Shown: positions 9,295-19,873 of the stretch, piece after piece | Position numbering within the stretch: the stretch's first letter is position 1 | Layout of the letters: every line of letters starts with the position of its first letter | DNA from: a virus | DNA length: 64,000 nucleotides | Reading direction: 5' to 3' (one strand) | Virus record (IMG/VR): IMGVR_UViG_3300009104_000008 | Span: 23,385 to 87,384 of that record | Notes under the pieces: generated by a model | What the model saw: only the letters and a program-made list of their open reading frames with translations | The model's database searches: none | Told to the model about the DNA's origin: nothing | Translations under genes and position numbers: made by a program

Positions 9295-10665
9295 TCATAT
9301 TTCTTCATCCCTATTTTCCTTAGTAATTACGCCCGACTGTTCTAATTCATCCATAATAGCCATTTTATTATTTTCTTCTAACTTATGAATATTATCAACA
9401 TCAATATCTAATTCACTAAAATCAAATCTAGTATTATCACTATGATTATAGTATTTCATTAATTTATACAATTCTCGTAATCTATTCTTAGACCACTTTT
9501 CCTTTTTAAAATGTTTTTTAATCCTAACTAATTCTAATAGTGCCTGTGCATTTTTAGATTTGAGTTTAAAATGTGGTGCACATTTAGTCAATAAATCATG
9601 TATATCTCCTTGTGAATAAAAATTTAATCTATTAACTGGTCTAGTATCTTGTGGAGATTTTTGGTCTAAATGCAACCTACCCATACCTAATGATTTATGC
9701 ATCTCTAACATAAATGCTTTCCCTCTATCTCCAGTAGCAACTAATCCTACTCTAGGATTAAAATTCTTATCTATAGTAATAAACCCATCTGAATCAATAA
9801 ATGCTGCGGTATATGCCCAAATGTTTTTCTTAATAGAATCATCTAATTTATAATATGCTCCATTTACATTTGTTATGTGTTGTGTCTTTGCTAATTTTGC
9901 AATCATATTAGGAGTGCTTTTAGATTGTAAATTAACAGGTAATGCTTCATGCATTTGTCTTGCAGAAATTCCGGGATTATTACAAACAGATTTTAATATT
10001 GACTCTTTAATCTTAGACTTCATACCAACAGTAGTGCTTTGCTTTCTAATAATTGATTTAAAGTTCTTTTTGCTTTGTGACATTTCTTTATTTAATTTAG
10101 CATATTCACCATTAAAGGGTAAGTCTTTCTGTTCTAATTTAGATTCCCAATATTTACATAGATTATCTATAATTTCTCTTCTTGTAGGCTCATCATAAAT
10201 ATTACCTAGTTTAATTATATCTTTTTCACTACAAACCATTTCTTTAACCAGAGGCTTATATTTATGAAGCCAATAAATACTATCAATGCTTTTATCTAAA
10301 TGGTCAGTATAAGCATCTATTAAATTATCAATAGACTTTGTTATATTTATTTTTGTGTCGCCCTTTAATGTTCTTCTAAACATACGCATATCTTTAATTA
10401 TATCGGGTATATTCTTATCCTCAATTATATATTCCTTTAATGGATTCTTTAATATGTTGTTTGCATTAGTGTAAGATAATTTAAACTCTTTAGCATAGTC
10501 CTTAACAATAGTAGCATGGTCAATAAGAGGTTGCTCTAATAACCATTCTTTACGCTGTAAATCACTTTCAATATCTTTTTGTTCCTCAGTCAATCTCTCG
10601 ACTTCTTCAACCTTATCTGCTAATTCTCTTAATTTTTGAGACTTTTCTCCGACCATCTTATTCAC
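9295..10665 (-). CDS. Protein with helical N-terminus, winged-helix and C-terminal LAGLIDADG endonuclease domain
   Basis: YTAAFIDSDGFI motif; CAPHFKLKSKNA typical of LAGLIDADG C-terminal half; NPGISARQMH wHTH-like. Confidence 0.8.
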   Translation of the reverse strand: MNKMVGEKSQKLRELADKVEEVERLTEEQKDIESDLQRKEWLLEQPLIDHATIVKDYAKEFKLSYTNANNILKNPLKEYIIEDKNIPDIIKDMRMFRRTLKGDTKINITKSIDNLIDAYTDHLDKSIDSIYWLHKYKPLVKEMVCSEKDIIKLGNIYDEPTRREIIDNLCKYWESKLEQKDLPFNGEYAKLNKEMSQSKKNFKSIIRKQSTTVGMKSKIKESILKSVCNNPGISARQMHEALPVNLQSKSTPNMIAKLAKTQHITNVNGAYYKLDDSIKKNIWAYTAAFIDSDGFITIDKNFNPRVGLVATGDRGKAFMLEMHKSLGMGRLHLDQKSPQDTRPVNRLNFYSQGDIHDLLTKCAPHFKLKSKNAQALLELVRIKKHFKKEKWSKNRLRELYKLMKYYNHSDNTRFDFSELDIDVDNIHKLEENNKMAIMDELEQSGVITKENRDEEI

Positions 10666-10673
10666 CTCATGCT

Positions 10674-12113
10674 TTAAAAATTTAAACCCAATAAACCCGC
10701 ATTTGGGGCAGTTTGTTGGCTAGTTGGGCCATCGAATATCCCTATGTCATCGAGCAGTATGAAGGTATCTGTAGCCACTTGAGAAGCGGCGTTAGCAAGT
10801 GCTAATCCCATCACCAAATCGTCATGCGCACCTACTCCTTCAAACCTTCCAGATTCAGTAATAGAGAACATTGAGAGTTCTTCTATTAATGCGCTTGTCA
10901 TTTTTTTGCTATTATTATCCCCATAAGGGAAGATTAACTTACCATTTTCAATGTTCATTTGTAAGTTGAGAATTATCTCCTGTTTCTTTTTTCTAGTTGT
11001 ATTAAAATCCTTAATATTCAAATCAGATATATTTCGTAATTCTTGAGTAAATGCCTTAGCAAAGGTATTAGTTTCATATAATATTGCTTCGGGTTGATAG
11101 AGTTTCCCAATTAATCTAATTTTTTCTATATTTTCTCTAAACTCTACATTCTTAGACCTATCAACATGAACAATCGCCTTATTCATTTCTTCATCTACTT
11201 CTAGCACCATAATTACATTATAGTCACCATCAGTAGATATAGCAGGGTCTACACCAACATAATATTTATATCCCTTATCCCTTCTATTGCCTAACTTAAG
11301 TATATATTCTTTATTCTTACAAGCATTAACATAGTCAGGGTCGAATAAAGCAGTTCCGGTTGATACAGGAATACACAAGTATTCTCTTGTGAATTTCAAC
11401 GAGCCTATTTCTGACTTTCTTTGCATTAAAGCATCATAAGCCCAACGCTCAGGCCATAGTGGTTCATTAAGGGAATTTAGACAAGGGTATTTCCTTACAG
11501 TATAGGCTTCATTTTCTTCTAATTGTGAGAAAATATCAGTATATGTAAAGGGAGTGCCTATCATTCTTAATGAAGCAGTATGATGAAGAGTAGGAATCAT
11601 ATCTCCAAAGAACCAATCTGTTACTCTTTGAATACCCGACATACTAAACTCCTTCAAGGGGTCGTCAATAATAATCTCTTGAGGGTGAAGACCACGAATC
11701 TGAGAACCGATTGAACGCTCTAATATAGCATTACCATTAGTTAATTGAATATTTCCGATAGCCCATCCTCTTGAAGGTTTATATTTTTTAAGGGCTGGTA
11801 AGTTAAAGTATCTATCAATCTCTCTCATATGAACAAGTGTCTGCTTTTGGTTAGAGGATATGTATAGCATTTGAAATGGGGGCTCTTCAAACACTAATTT
11901 CCAAACTACCCATGAATGCATAAATACTGATTTTCCGTGGTCACGACTACATACAATTACAGTTCTATCAGTTGTTTCCATTAATTCTTTCCACTCTTGC
12001 ATATAGTCAGGATATTGCATTCCTAATACATTTTGAAAGAAATATGGGAATGAATTTTTAGATAACTCCATGTCCATTGCAGACATAAAATCTAATTGCG
12101 CTACTTCAGCCAT
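10674..12113 (-). CDS. terL: Terminase large subunit
   Basis: Walker A SRDHGKS, Walker B IIIDD, motif IGTP, RNase H GVDPA and HDDLVMGLALA. Confidence 0.95.
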   Translation of the reverse strand: MAEVAQLDFMSAMDMELSKNSFPYFFQNVLGMQYPDYMQEWKELMETTDRTVIVCSRDHGKSVFMHSWVVWKLVFEEPPFQMLYISSNQKQTLVHMREIDRYFNLPALKKYKPSRGWAIGNIQLTNGNAILERSIGSQIRGLHPQEIIIDDPLKEFSMSGIQRVTDWFFGDMIPTLHHTASLRMIGTPFTYTDIFSQLEENEAYTVRKYPCLNSLNEPLWPERWAYDALMQRKSEIGSLKFTREYLCIPVSTGTALFDPDYVNACKNKEYILKLGNRRDKGYKYYVGVDPAISTDGDYNVIMVLEVDEEMNKAIVHVDRSKNVEFRENIEKIRLIGKLYQPEAILYETNTFAKAFTQELRNISDLNIKDFNTTRKKKQEIILNLQMNIENGKLIFPYGDNNSKKMTSALIEELSMFSITESGRFEGVGAHDDLVMGLALANAASQVATDTFILLDDIGIFDGPTSQQTAPNAGLLGLNF

Positions 12114-12117
12114 ATAA

Positions 12118-12669
12118 TCATCTCCTATATATTAATACTTTATTACCATGCTTAAGAGTCATCCACCAATTATTAAGTTTCAACTTTTGTAATGCGCCAA
12201 TAGTGCCGTTTGCCTTTGCTTCTTCTAATTCATCTAAAATATCTTCTGGTAATTTTTCTTCATTGATTTCTTTAAAACCATACTGTCTATATTTTTCCAT
12301 TGCTTTAGGGTGTGAAAAGGCTACCACCATTGTTTTACTTCCTTTTTGTTTTAATAATTCATTAAGAAGCAAATCGAATACTCCATCATATCCATCGCTT
12401 TTTCTATATCCCCTTCTAACATGAACGCCAGAACCCAATAAGAAATTTTGAAACTTAGAAAAACCTACTACGCCAATTGGTTGTTCCGTTTTTGTTAAAA
12501 ACGCAACAAATTGTGTTTCAGGTGAATTAGCAAATATTCCATCAGTAGGTAACTTCTGGTATCTATTTATTCTAGTTTTATATTCATTATACCCATCATC
12601 CTGAAATACCTTAACGGCATTTTCTTCAGACATATCTTCAAAATATATGTCTTCTTGAGTAAGTTTCAT
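12118..12669 (-). CDS. GNAT-family acetyltransferase-like protein
   Basis: PIGVVGF, GVHVRRGYRK..G motif A, AMEKYRQYGF motif B. Confidence 0.65.
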   Translation of the reverse strand: MKLTQEDIYFEDMSEENAVKVFQDDGYNEYKTRINRYQKLPTDGIFANSPETQFVAFLTKTEQPIGVVGFSKFQNFLLGSGVHVRRGYRKSDGYDGVFDLLLNELLKQKGSKTMVVAFSHPKAMEKYRQYGFKEINEEKLPEDILDELEEAKANGTIGALQKLKLNNWWMTLKHGNKVLIYRR

Positions 12670-12673
12670 TTAA

Positions 12674-15388
12674 TCACCTAAAGTTTGCTTTAATAAAATA
12701 CACCACTTCAGCAGAAACACCGTGTTTTCTACCTATGTCTTTGTATGCACCAAATTCAGAATTAATATTTTCTACATCTAAAGCAGTTAAATTAATATTA
12801 TAATCCTCTTTAGCAACATCAATTGTTTTAGTTATATCATCAAAACTATCAATGTTTCCTAATCCATAATATATAGGTTTATTTATCATCTTTCGTATTG
12901 AATCATGAGCCTCAAGAATTTTATATTCTAAATCACTTTTAATTAATAATTTCTTTCTAATAAGATTATCATAAGCCTGAATAACTCGGCCTATTAAATC
13001 TTCATCTTTTGTTTCTCCTTCTTCGGTTGCTGCACCACGACCTAATCCTTTATCTTGTTTTCTTCCCGATAAATGTTTATCAGTTCTAAATAATGACTCT
13101 TGTTTCTTTATGGTTTTAATTAAAGCCGCAAGCGGATAAATTTGTGCTTCTCTTTTACTTTGATATTTCTTATATAGTTTATTTACATTTACACCATTAA
13201 ATTCTAAATCAACATCAAGGTTATTCTTAGCACGAATCTCATAAAGAGATGCTCCAAATTCTTCAGCAATATCATCTGTATGTTGGAAATCATATATTCT
13301 ATCTAATTGCTTTGCTAGTTGTTCCATTGAAATTTTAATTCCCTGTAAATTTTCTCCAACTTTAATATTTCCTAACTGAGTTAATAAATTTGCTATCTGT
13401 TTTAACGCCTTTTTTGGCAGTATTGCTGTTCCCATATCATTCATTCTATGGGTTAAAGTAGATAAAGCATCACCAGTAGATTCTGCATTTTCTGTTATAA
13501 CTTTTAATTGCTTATTAGTTATAAACGCAAATTCAGTTTCATCAAAAGGCATATATTCGCTTTGTAATGGCCTAACCATAGAAGAATAAAGCACATCAAT
13601 AAGTTCTTTTAATTGTTCTATAAGAGCATCAACGCTTTCATCAGAACTTTGCTGTCTACCCCTATCAAAAATATCTGCTAGGCCTTCTCCCTTTCTTCTA
13701 GCAACAAAAGATTGATACTTGGTTCTTCTTGCGCTTTTTTCTCCCACTTTACCAGAAGAAATATCAGTAGCAAGTTCGCTCCTACTTTTCCCACCCAAAT
13801 CATATAATTGTGTAACTAATTCAAAATAGGTCTTTAATTTCTTTTCAATTTGTTTTTCTCTTGGTATTTTAAATTCAGACATAACCTTATCAGTTAATGG
13901 TAAATAATAATTTGCATCTGCTTCTCCAGAAAATGCTTCTCTACTTAAACCCTCAATATATTTATCTAATTCTTCTAATTCACTTTCATCTAATTCAACA
14001 GTTAATCTTTTACTTGCTGATTTTATTCTCCTGTGTATTTTAGATATATCTTTTTTAAACATCGGAACTCTATCAAATGCTCCTTGTGACCAAGCATAAT
14101 AAAATAGCGGGTCAGTTTCCTTTGTTGTTTTGATATTATTTATCCCATCTAATATTGATTTGACCTTTTCAGTAGTGGGCATTATTTCTGCCCTTTCAGT
14201 TTCAGTTCGGGTTTCTTCTACTCCTTTACCCCTTGCTGTTATAGCACCCTCTTCTGGGTCTTTATCTATATCTTCATCATCAGCAAAAACAAACTCAACA
14301 TCATTAGAATCAATTGATAAAAAGTCTTCTAATAAAATTGCTGCTGTATAATTTAAATTGTCTTTATCTACTTTTTGCTTTGGAACACTAACAATATAAT
14401 TATCTGCTTCTGTTAATTTATTAGCCTCAATTTCTTTAATTAAATCAACAATTATTGTTTCTTCTGCATCTGCTAATATTTTTAATAAACCTTTTAATGC
14501 CCTATTTTGGATATAAATAAAATCATCAAATGATTTATGTTTCTGCCGCCAATATTCATAAATTTTATCTCTCCTATCAAATGACTTTAGAGATAATGAA
14601 CCAACTAATAAATCAACTTCGCTTGTTTTTATTTCATGTTTATTAGCACCAGCAATATATTTTAATTTAGACACGAATGGCTTAAGTCTACTTGCAAGTG
14701 TAGTATATTGATTCATAGTTTCTGTTAATACATCAATGTCTAATTTAATGTTATCGCGGGTTGAATATTCTGTTTTCCCAAATTCATTAAGTGTTATTTC
14801 ATGAACTGATACAGGAGAAACTCGCTTTAGTTTTTCATATGAAATTTTCATTCCTCTCACTTTAAATTTCTTAAGCACATCTTTAATTGCATCTTTTTGA
14901 ACTTGTGATGAAGTAATCGGCCCTATATCCTTATAAGAAGCAGATAATAAATTGTAAAATACAATTTGTAATTCTCTCTTTTTTGATGTAGCCATTAGTG
15001 TTAAATTATAACTATCTAACATATCTCTAACCATAGATTTGTATTTATGTATATCTGCTTCTTGAATACTTGATTTACCTTCTAATATTTTAGCAAGAAC
15101 TTGAGGGGTAATAATTAGTTTATTGCCGCTACTATCAACTTGAATTAAACCCTCTGGTTTTTTAGATTCAACATCTGCAATAGACACACTTAGATACTTA
15201 GCAGATTTATCTTTAAATATAGTGGATAATAATTCTCTTTTATTAGGCCTAAATCTTCCCTCTAATATTTCTGGATAAGTTTGTTTTAAATAATCATTAA
15301 TTCCTCTATCATCTGTAAGATACATCTCTAATATTTTATCAACTGCCTCATGGTCAGTTTTTATTTGGTTATATATTGCTTGTGTCAT
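12674..15388 (-). CDS. Large hypothetical protein (904 aa), possibly an internal virion protein
   Basis: Long helical ORF in head module; HTH-like C-terminus (YKDIGRKHGVSAEVVYFIK). Confidence 0.75.
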   Translation of the reverse strand: MTQAIYNQIKTDHEAVDKILEMYLTDDRGINDYLKQTYPEILEGRFRPNKRELLSTIFKDKSAKYLSVSIADVESKKPEGLIQVDSSGNKLIITPQVLAKILEGKSSIQEADIHKYKSMVRDMLDSYNLTLMATSKKRELQIVFYNLLSASYKDIGPITSSQVQKDAIKDVLKKFKVRGMKISYEKLKRVSPVSVHEITLNEFGKTEYSTRDNIKLDIDVLTETMNQYTTLASRLKPFVSKLKYIAGANKHEIKTSEVDLLVGSLSLKSFDRRDKIYEYWRQKHKSFDDFIYIQNRALKGLLKILADAEETIIVDLIKEIEANKLTEADNYIVSVPKQKVDKDNLNYTAAILLEDFLSIDSNDVEFVFADDEDIDKDPEEGAITARGKGVEETRTETERAEIMPTTEKVKSILDGINNIKTTKETDPLFYYAWSQGAFDRVPMFKKDISKIHRRIKSASKRLTVELDESELEELDKYIEGLSREAFSGEADANYYLPLTDKVMSEFKIPREKQIEKKLKTYFELVTQLYDLGGKSRSELATDISSGKVGEKSARRTKYQSFVARRKGEGLADIFDRGRQQSSDESVDALIEQLKELIDVLYSSMVRPLQSEYMPFDETEFAFITNKQLKVITENAESTGDALSTLTHRMNDMGTAILPKKALKQIANLLTQLGNIKVGENLQGIKISMEQLAKQLDRIYDFQHTDDIAEEFGASLYEIRAKNNLDVDLEFNGVNVNKLYKKYQSKREAQIYPLAALIKTIKKQESLFRTDKHLSGRKQDKGLGRGAATEEGETKDEDLIGRVIQAYDNLIRKKLLIKSDLEYKILEAHDSIRKMINKPIYYGLGNIDSFDDITKTIDVAKEDYNINLTALDVENINSEFGAYKDIGRKHGVSAEVVYFIKANFR

Positions 15389-17184
15389 GTTATCACCTGT
15401 ATTGCCCCTAAACTCTGTAGTTTTACTAGGGGTTCTATTACTCCCTTTTCTTTAATAGAATAATTTGTATCAACTAAATGCCTAATTGAATCATTAACTT
15501 CTTCACGCATATTTTTTCTAATTTTAGCATAGTGATGATTATTAACAAGTTCATACATAATTTTGTCAAATAATTCACCTTTATCATCCCTACTATTTCT
15601 TCGCTTAAATCGTGTCCATAATTTAGAAAATTCTGATTTTTCTTCTTCATCCAAATCATCTAAAGTAATTAATATATCTTTGAATTGTCTAAATGTAGCA
15701 TCAACTGTTTCAGTTGTTTTATTTGGGCCAGCAGAATAAAGTTCTAATAGTGTTTGTTTAATGTCTTTATCAGGAGTGCCAAATAATCTAGATAATAACC
15801 CCTTATGGCTTGTAGTAACTGGCATAACAACTGTTGCTTTTTCACCATCTAATTTCCATTTTTTAAACATAGCATCCCACGCTATTTCTCTTTCGCTATC
15901 TTCTTCTAACCATTTTTCAAAATCTTGGCCATCTTCAAACCCATATTCTATAGCCATAGTATTATCTAATTTATCTAATTTATCATAATCTTCTATTGGG
16001 ATTTTATATATCTTAACATCAAGTTTAGAATTCATAATAGCAAACTGGCGTTTCTCATCAGTATTTAAGGAATCTATAAAACGAAGGTCTATTTTATTTC
16101 TTTTATTCTTTACTTTTTTATCTGAATAATATTTTTGCACCTTAGCCATTTTAGTTTGTAAATTAGAATATTCGGATTCTTGTTTGTTTTCTCTTAATAT
16201 GCGTAGTGCTTTTATTTTAGCAATAGATTCTTTAACAGGTGGATTTTCAAAAGTATTGGTATCATATTTTAATTCAGGTTCTTTTAAGATATAATCTAAT
16301 GCTCTTGGTAATTCTGTATAGTCCTTACCAAATACCCCTCCTAATTCAGGAAGTAAATCCTTTCTATATTTTCTTGGAACATTACCAAACACAACATATT
16401 TAATATATTTATTTAGGTTTTCTGCACTAAGACCCGAACCTCGCATTAAGTATTTGGGTTTAGAAGGGGCTGCAAACCCGTATTTCTCTTGGAGAACTGC
16501 GGATAACTTTTTTCTATCTGTGTCATTTAATTCCTTAAGACCATTTAATATTTTATTCTTATTTTTCTTTACAAGTGATTTTATGAAATCAGTATTTTGC
16601 CTATTAACTTCTTTAGTAAGTAACCCTAACATTTTATCTACTTTACCACTATTCAAATCTTCTATTGCTGCTTTCATGCTAGGTTCATATTTAGCACTAG
16701 TAGTTTCCATCTCTTCCAGCATATCAATAGTTTCTGCAACTCTCTCTTCAAAACCCGGAACTTGAGATAGAGGATATTTGTCTTTATCTTTCATAAACTC
16801 TTCAAGTGCTCTTTTTAGATTTGCTCTTCTTAATGGTTTGATATCTTCAATAAAAGTATCTCTAGCGTTATCAGTAGTCATTTGATTTAAGTAATCTTCG
16901 ACTCCTTTATTAATATCCATCTCCCCTACTTCAAACTCTCTTTCTTCCCCTAAATGATTAAACTTGTAGTTAAAATTAACCATAACAAAACCATGAGCAT
17001 CTTCTACAGAATCATTTATTGCATCTAAAACATCGTCATCATTATCTAAATCAGTAGTGCTTGGAATGTAATAGACTCCAACATCAGGTAAAGGCATTCT
17101 ATCTTTTTCATACTCCGTAGCATCCCATTCAATATCATACACATATATTTCATATGTGGATTTTAGGGTAGCAAACCAAGTCAT
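15385..17184 (-). CDS. Hypothetical protein (599 aa) with W-motif (MTWFATLKS)
   Basis: Long in-operon ORF. Confidence 0.75.
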   Translation of the reverse strand: MTWFATLKSTYEIYVYDIEWDATEYEKDRMPLPDVGVYYIPSTTDLDNDDDVLDAINDSVEDAHGFVMVNFNYKFNHLGEEREFEVGEMDINKGVEDYLNQMTTDNARDTFIEDIKPLRRANLKRALEEFMKDKDKYPLSQVPGFEERVAETIDMLEEMETTSAKYEPSMKAAIEDLNSGKVDKMLGLLTKEVNRQNTDFIKSLVKKNKNKILNGLKELNDTDRKKLSAVLQEKYGFAAPSKPKYLMRGSGLSAENLNKYIKYVVFGNVPRKYRKDLLPELGGVFGKDYTELPRALDYILKEPELKYDTNTFENPPVKESIAKIKALRILRENKQESEYSNLQTKMAKVQKYYSDKKVKNKRNKIDLRFIDSLNTDEKRQFAIMNSKLDVKIYKIPIEDYDKLDKLDNTMAIEYGFEDGQDFEKWLEEDSEREIAWDAMFKKWKLDGEKATVVMPVTTSHKGLLSRLFGTPDKDIKQTLLELYSAGPNKTTETVDATFRQFKDILITLDDLDEEEKSEFSKLWTRFKRRNSRDDKGELFDKIMYELVNNHHYAKIRKNMREEVNDSIRHLVDTNYSIKEKGVIEPLVKLQSLGAIQVIT

Positions 17185-17186
17185 AA

Positions 17187-17378
17187 TTATTCCTCTGTAT
17201 ATCTATCTAATGATATTTGTTTTGTAGAATCATCTAATTTTTGTGGCTTAGATTTTGAAGGCTTCTTTTTGAACCATTGTTCTATAGGAACTTTTGAAAC
17301 ATGAGCACCTTCAACTAACTCTTTAGGTAACTTACCTTGTTTAGTTTTATCTTCTTTAAGTGTATTAAACCAACTCAT
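17187..17378 (-). CDS. Small W-motif protein with PIP-box-like segments
   Basis: MSWFNTLKE; KVPIEQWF and KQISLDRY. Confidence 0.6.
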   Translation of the reverse strand: MSWFNTLKEDKTKQGKLPKELVEGAHVSKVPIEQWFKKKPSKSKPQKLDDSTKQISLDRYTEE

Positions 17379-18031
17379 TGTAACTTCTCCTCCATCTTAC
17401 TTTTAACATCTAACCATACTTGAGGGTGATTTTGAGCCAATACTTCTTGAACAATTTGCATTTGGGCAACAATAACAGTATCTTGCCTTCGATGCACTAA
17501 TTTACCCTTAAATTCCATAACATATTTTAATGATTCCCTAACTTCTCTTGCTAACTTAGTCAAACTGTCAATATATTTAGGGTCAGTTCCACCTTCATTG
17601 AATAATTCGTCTAATTTTGTGTCTAAACGATTAATACTGTGTTCTAAAGTTGCAATTTCATCAACTTGTTTCTGTGCAATGATATTTGCCGCTGATTTTT
17701 GAACTAAAGGCTGTAAATGTCGGCTTAAATGCCTTAAAATCTGGTCTTCTGAGCATAATAACATTTCTGACACCATTTTCGTGTCTAATCTGCCCTCTTC
17801 TATCTCCTTTTCAAGGTCTATTCGTGCAGGGCTTATGCAAAAAGCGCATCTTGGGTTAGAAGAATTGTGATAATCACCCATATGATTTCTTTGATGCCTA
17901 GATGTAGTGCCACTAGGCCAATTATTGTCAATATCAATACTATCTGCATCTACTTGCATATTTTCAAGCATATCTTCTATGCCCTCTCTATCATCATGGT
18001 TGCATACTACGCATCTTTTTCGTGTTACCAT
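17375..18031 (-). CDS. Candidate terminase small subunit (tandem Zn/HTH repeats plus coiled coil)
   Basis: Two CxxC...RH repeats then helical oligomerisation region; upstream of TerL. Confidence 0.5.
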   Translation of the reverse strand: MVTRKRCVVCNHDDREGIEDMLENMQVDADSIDIDNNWPSGTTSRHQRNHMGDYHNSSNPRCAFCISPARIDLEKEIEEGRLDTKMVSEMLLCSEDQILRHLSRHLQPLVQKSAANIIAQKQVDEIATLEHSINRLDTKLDELFNEGGTDPKYIDSLTKLAREVRESLKYVMEFKGKLVHRRQDTVIVAQMQIVQEVLAQNHPQVWLDVKSKMEEKLQ

Positions 18032-18059
18032 TTTATCACCTATCTCGCACCGTGTGTCG

Positions 18060-18341
18060 TCAATAACTTGAGTCTGGTGGGCCTTTCCTTTTCATTTCAT
18101 CAATACTATATTGTATTTCTTCTTTTACAGTATTTAGAAAAGACTCAGGAATATCTTCAAACTTAAATCCATGTCTAAATTCATACATGAATTTATCAGT
18201 TAAATCTTCAATAATATAGTCATATACTTCACCTTCATTTAGAGGCATATTACTTTTTTTCCACATTTCTTTCACAACTTCTCTATATTTATTCGCATCT
18301 TCTAATTCATCATACTTTCTTAATGTATTTTTCCAACTCAC
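18060..18341 (-). CDS. W-motif hypothetical protein (GTG start, SWKNTLRK)
   Basis: GGTGA RBS then GTG at 18341 overlapping upstream TGA. Confidence 0.65.
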   Translation of the reverse strand: MSWKNTLRKYDELEDANKYREVVKEMWKKSNMPLNEGEVYDYIIEDLTDKFMYEFRHGFKFEDIPESFLNTVKEEIQYSIDEMKRKGPPDSSY

Positions 18342-19462
18342 GCAATCACCTTCATTACAGTTCTCCAATCTCTAACATCTCTATTAGCACTTGTTAATTT
18401 CTCACCCTCGTCTTCTTTAGGTTGTTCTTCTTCTTTCTCTTTATTTTTCATATATGCAGATTCAGGGTGAGGTTTCCATCCTGCTAATTTAGCCATATGA
18501 TTGAGTTGTCTTCTTGAGATGTAAATATAAAAGTCCTCTACTTGGCCCGGAGTTCCTTTTGCAGCCAATAATGTTTTAACATTTTCACTTTCTTTATTAT
18601 TTCGGACATTATATGGTATCTTCATTAATCTAGTCCTTGCAGCCTTTGTTGAGAAATTGCCCATTTTAGTTGTATATCTTGGGTCTTTTACCATTCTATC
18701 CATAGCAGTCTTTACTTCGGACAATCCTTCATATGCGAATTTAGCAGCACCTGCACTTTCTATTGCTACAGGGTCACTTTGAATAATATGATGTTTTACA
18801 TTTAATAATCCTTTAACCGCTTCTGTAACAACTGCAGTTAATCCCTGAGTTGAAAAGGGTTCTTTAGTTCCATCTCCATATACTGCTTGCCACATTGGAG
18901 GCTCTGCTGTTCCCTTTTGTTGATTCCACCAAGTATCGTCTACAGCCTCTAATTCATTTTTATCCTTGTAAGTTTCTCTATATTCAACATAATCATCTGT
19001 GCGATAATGCCCGTAGATAGGTTTCTTTATTGGCTTTCCACCCCTAATACGAACAATTCCCTCAAATGCTATATTTCTTGGATTTAAGTCGCTTTGTTCT
19101 CCACCATAATTATTCAGTGTTTGAATAATGCCTTCTAATTGTTTCATCTCTGATGGCTTAAATTTGGGTTTCTTTGCTAAACTCGCTAAGAATTTTAATT
19201 CCTTCCCAATTCCGGGAGTTTCTTTAGGGCCAGAATTACCCATTATTCTTCCTGTTATTCCGTGTTCGGCTAACATTTCATATAAACTCCCCTTAAACTT
19301 ACTAATTCCCATATCAGTTGCTGAAATGCCTCTTGCAGTTGTTTCCCATTCTTTCCATAATTCTACAAATGATTCTCCTTTGTATTCAACGCGAGAAGTT
19401 CCTTTACCCATAGTAATTTTAGGTTGTCTTTTTGTTACACTTTTTGCATCTTTCTTTGCCAC
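18338..19462 (-). CDS. Hypothetical protein (374 aa) with C-terminal W-motif (DWRTVMK)
   Basis: GGAGGTG RBS, GTG start. Confidence 0.75.
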   Translation of the reverse strand: MAKKDAKSVTKRQPKITMGKGTSRVEYKGESFVELWKEWETTARGISATDMGISKFKGSLYEMLAEHGITGRIMGNSGPKETPGIGKELKFLASLAKKPKFKPSEMKQLEGIIQTLNNYGGEQSDLNPRNIAFEGIVRIRGGKPIKKPIYGHYRTDDYVEYRETYKDKNELEAVDDTWWNQQKGTAEPPMWQAVYGDGTKEPFSTQGLTAVVTEAVKGLLNVKHHIIQSDPVAIESAGAAKFAYEGLSEVKTAMDRMVKDPRYTTKMGNFSTKAARTRLMKIPYNVRNNKESENVKTLLAAKGTPGQVEDFYIYISRRQLNHMAKLAGWKPHPESAYMKNKEKEEEQPKEDEGEKLTSANRDVRDWRTVMKVIA

Positions 19463-19565
19463 AAATACACCTCCCCATTACTGATTGATTATTGAATAGA
19501 TTACTTGTTCCTGCGGAAGTTGTTGTTACTGCGCCAGTCATTTTTAATTGGTCAAACCAATTCAT
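19419..19565 (-). CDS. Small W-motif protein (48 aa, MNWFDQLKM...CICGKERCKKC), not in ORF track
   Basis: ATGA overlap with upstream stop; shares the N-terminal motif. Confidence 0.55.
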   Translation of the reverse strand: MNWFDQLKMTGAVTTTSAGTSNLFNNQSVMGRCICGKERCKKCNKKTT

Positions 19566-19822
19566 TTCTTATTCCTCCTTTTAGCCCTACGAGCCTCTCG
19601 CTTCTTTCTATTTCTCATTTTCTTAGAAGGTGTTTTTGATGCTCCCATTTTTTTATCGTAATACTTTTGCTGATTAGCAGTAAACGGGCGTTTATGATGT
19701 TCACTACCAAACCCACAATCTTTACAATGGTGAGTATATCGCTCATGTTTTGGCGTTTCTTCAAAATTCTCCCCACGACATAAATCGCATTTTTTATTTT
19801 TTATTACAGTAAACCACTTCAT
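19562..19822 (-). CDS. W-motif zinc-ribbon protein with basic tail
   Basis: MKWFTVIKN; CDLC/CKDC; K/R-rich C-terminus. Confidence 0.65.
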   Translation of the reverse strand: MKWFTVIKNKKCDLCRGENFEETPKHERYTHHCKDCGFGSEHHKRPFTANQQKYYDKKMGASKTPSKKMRNRKKREARRAKRRNKK

Positions 19823-19873
19823 TGTCTAAATCTCCCCCAACACCATATTCCATATAGTAAATCCCAAATAAAT

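Noticed and set aside
208-19484. Plus-strand ORFs overlapping the head module (e.g. 624-1082, 6786-7151, 16454-16765, 19128-19484)
   Set aside because: Antisense shadows of long minus-strand genes; Ser/Phe/Leu-rich, no RBS
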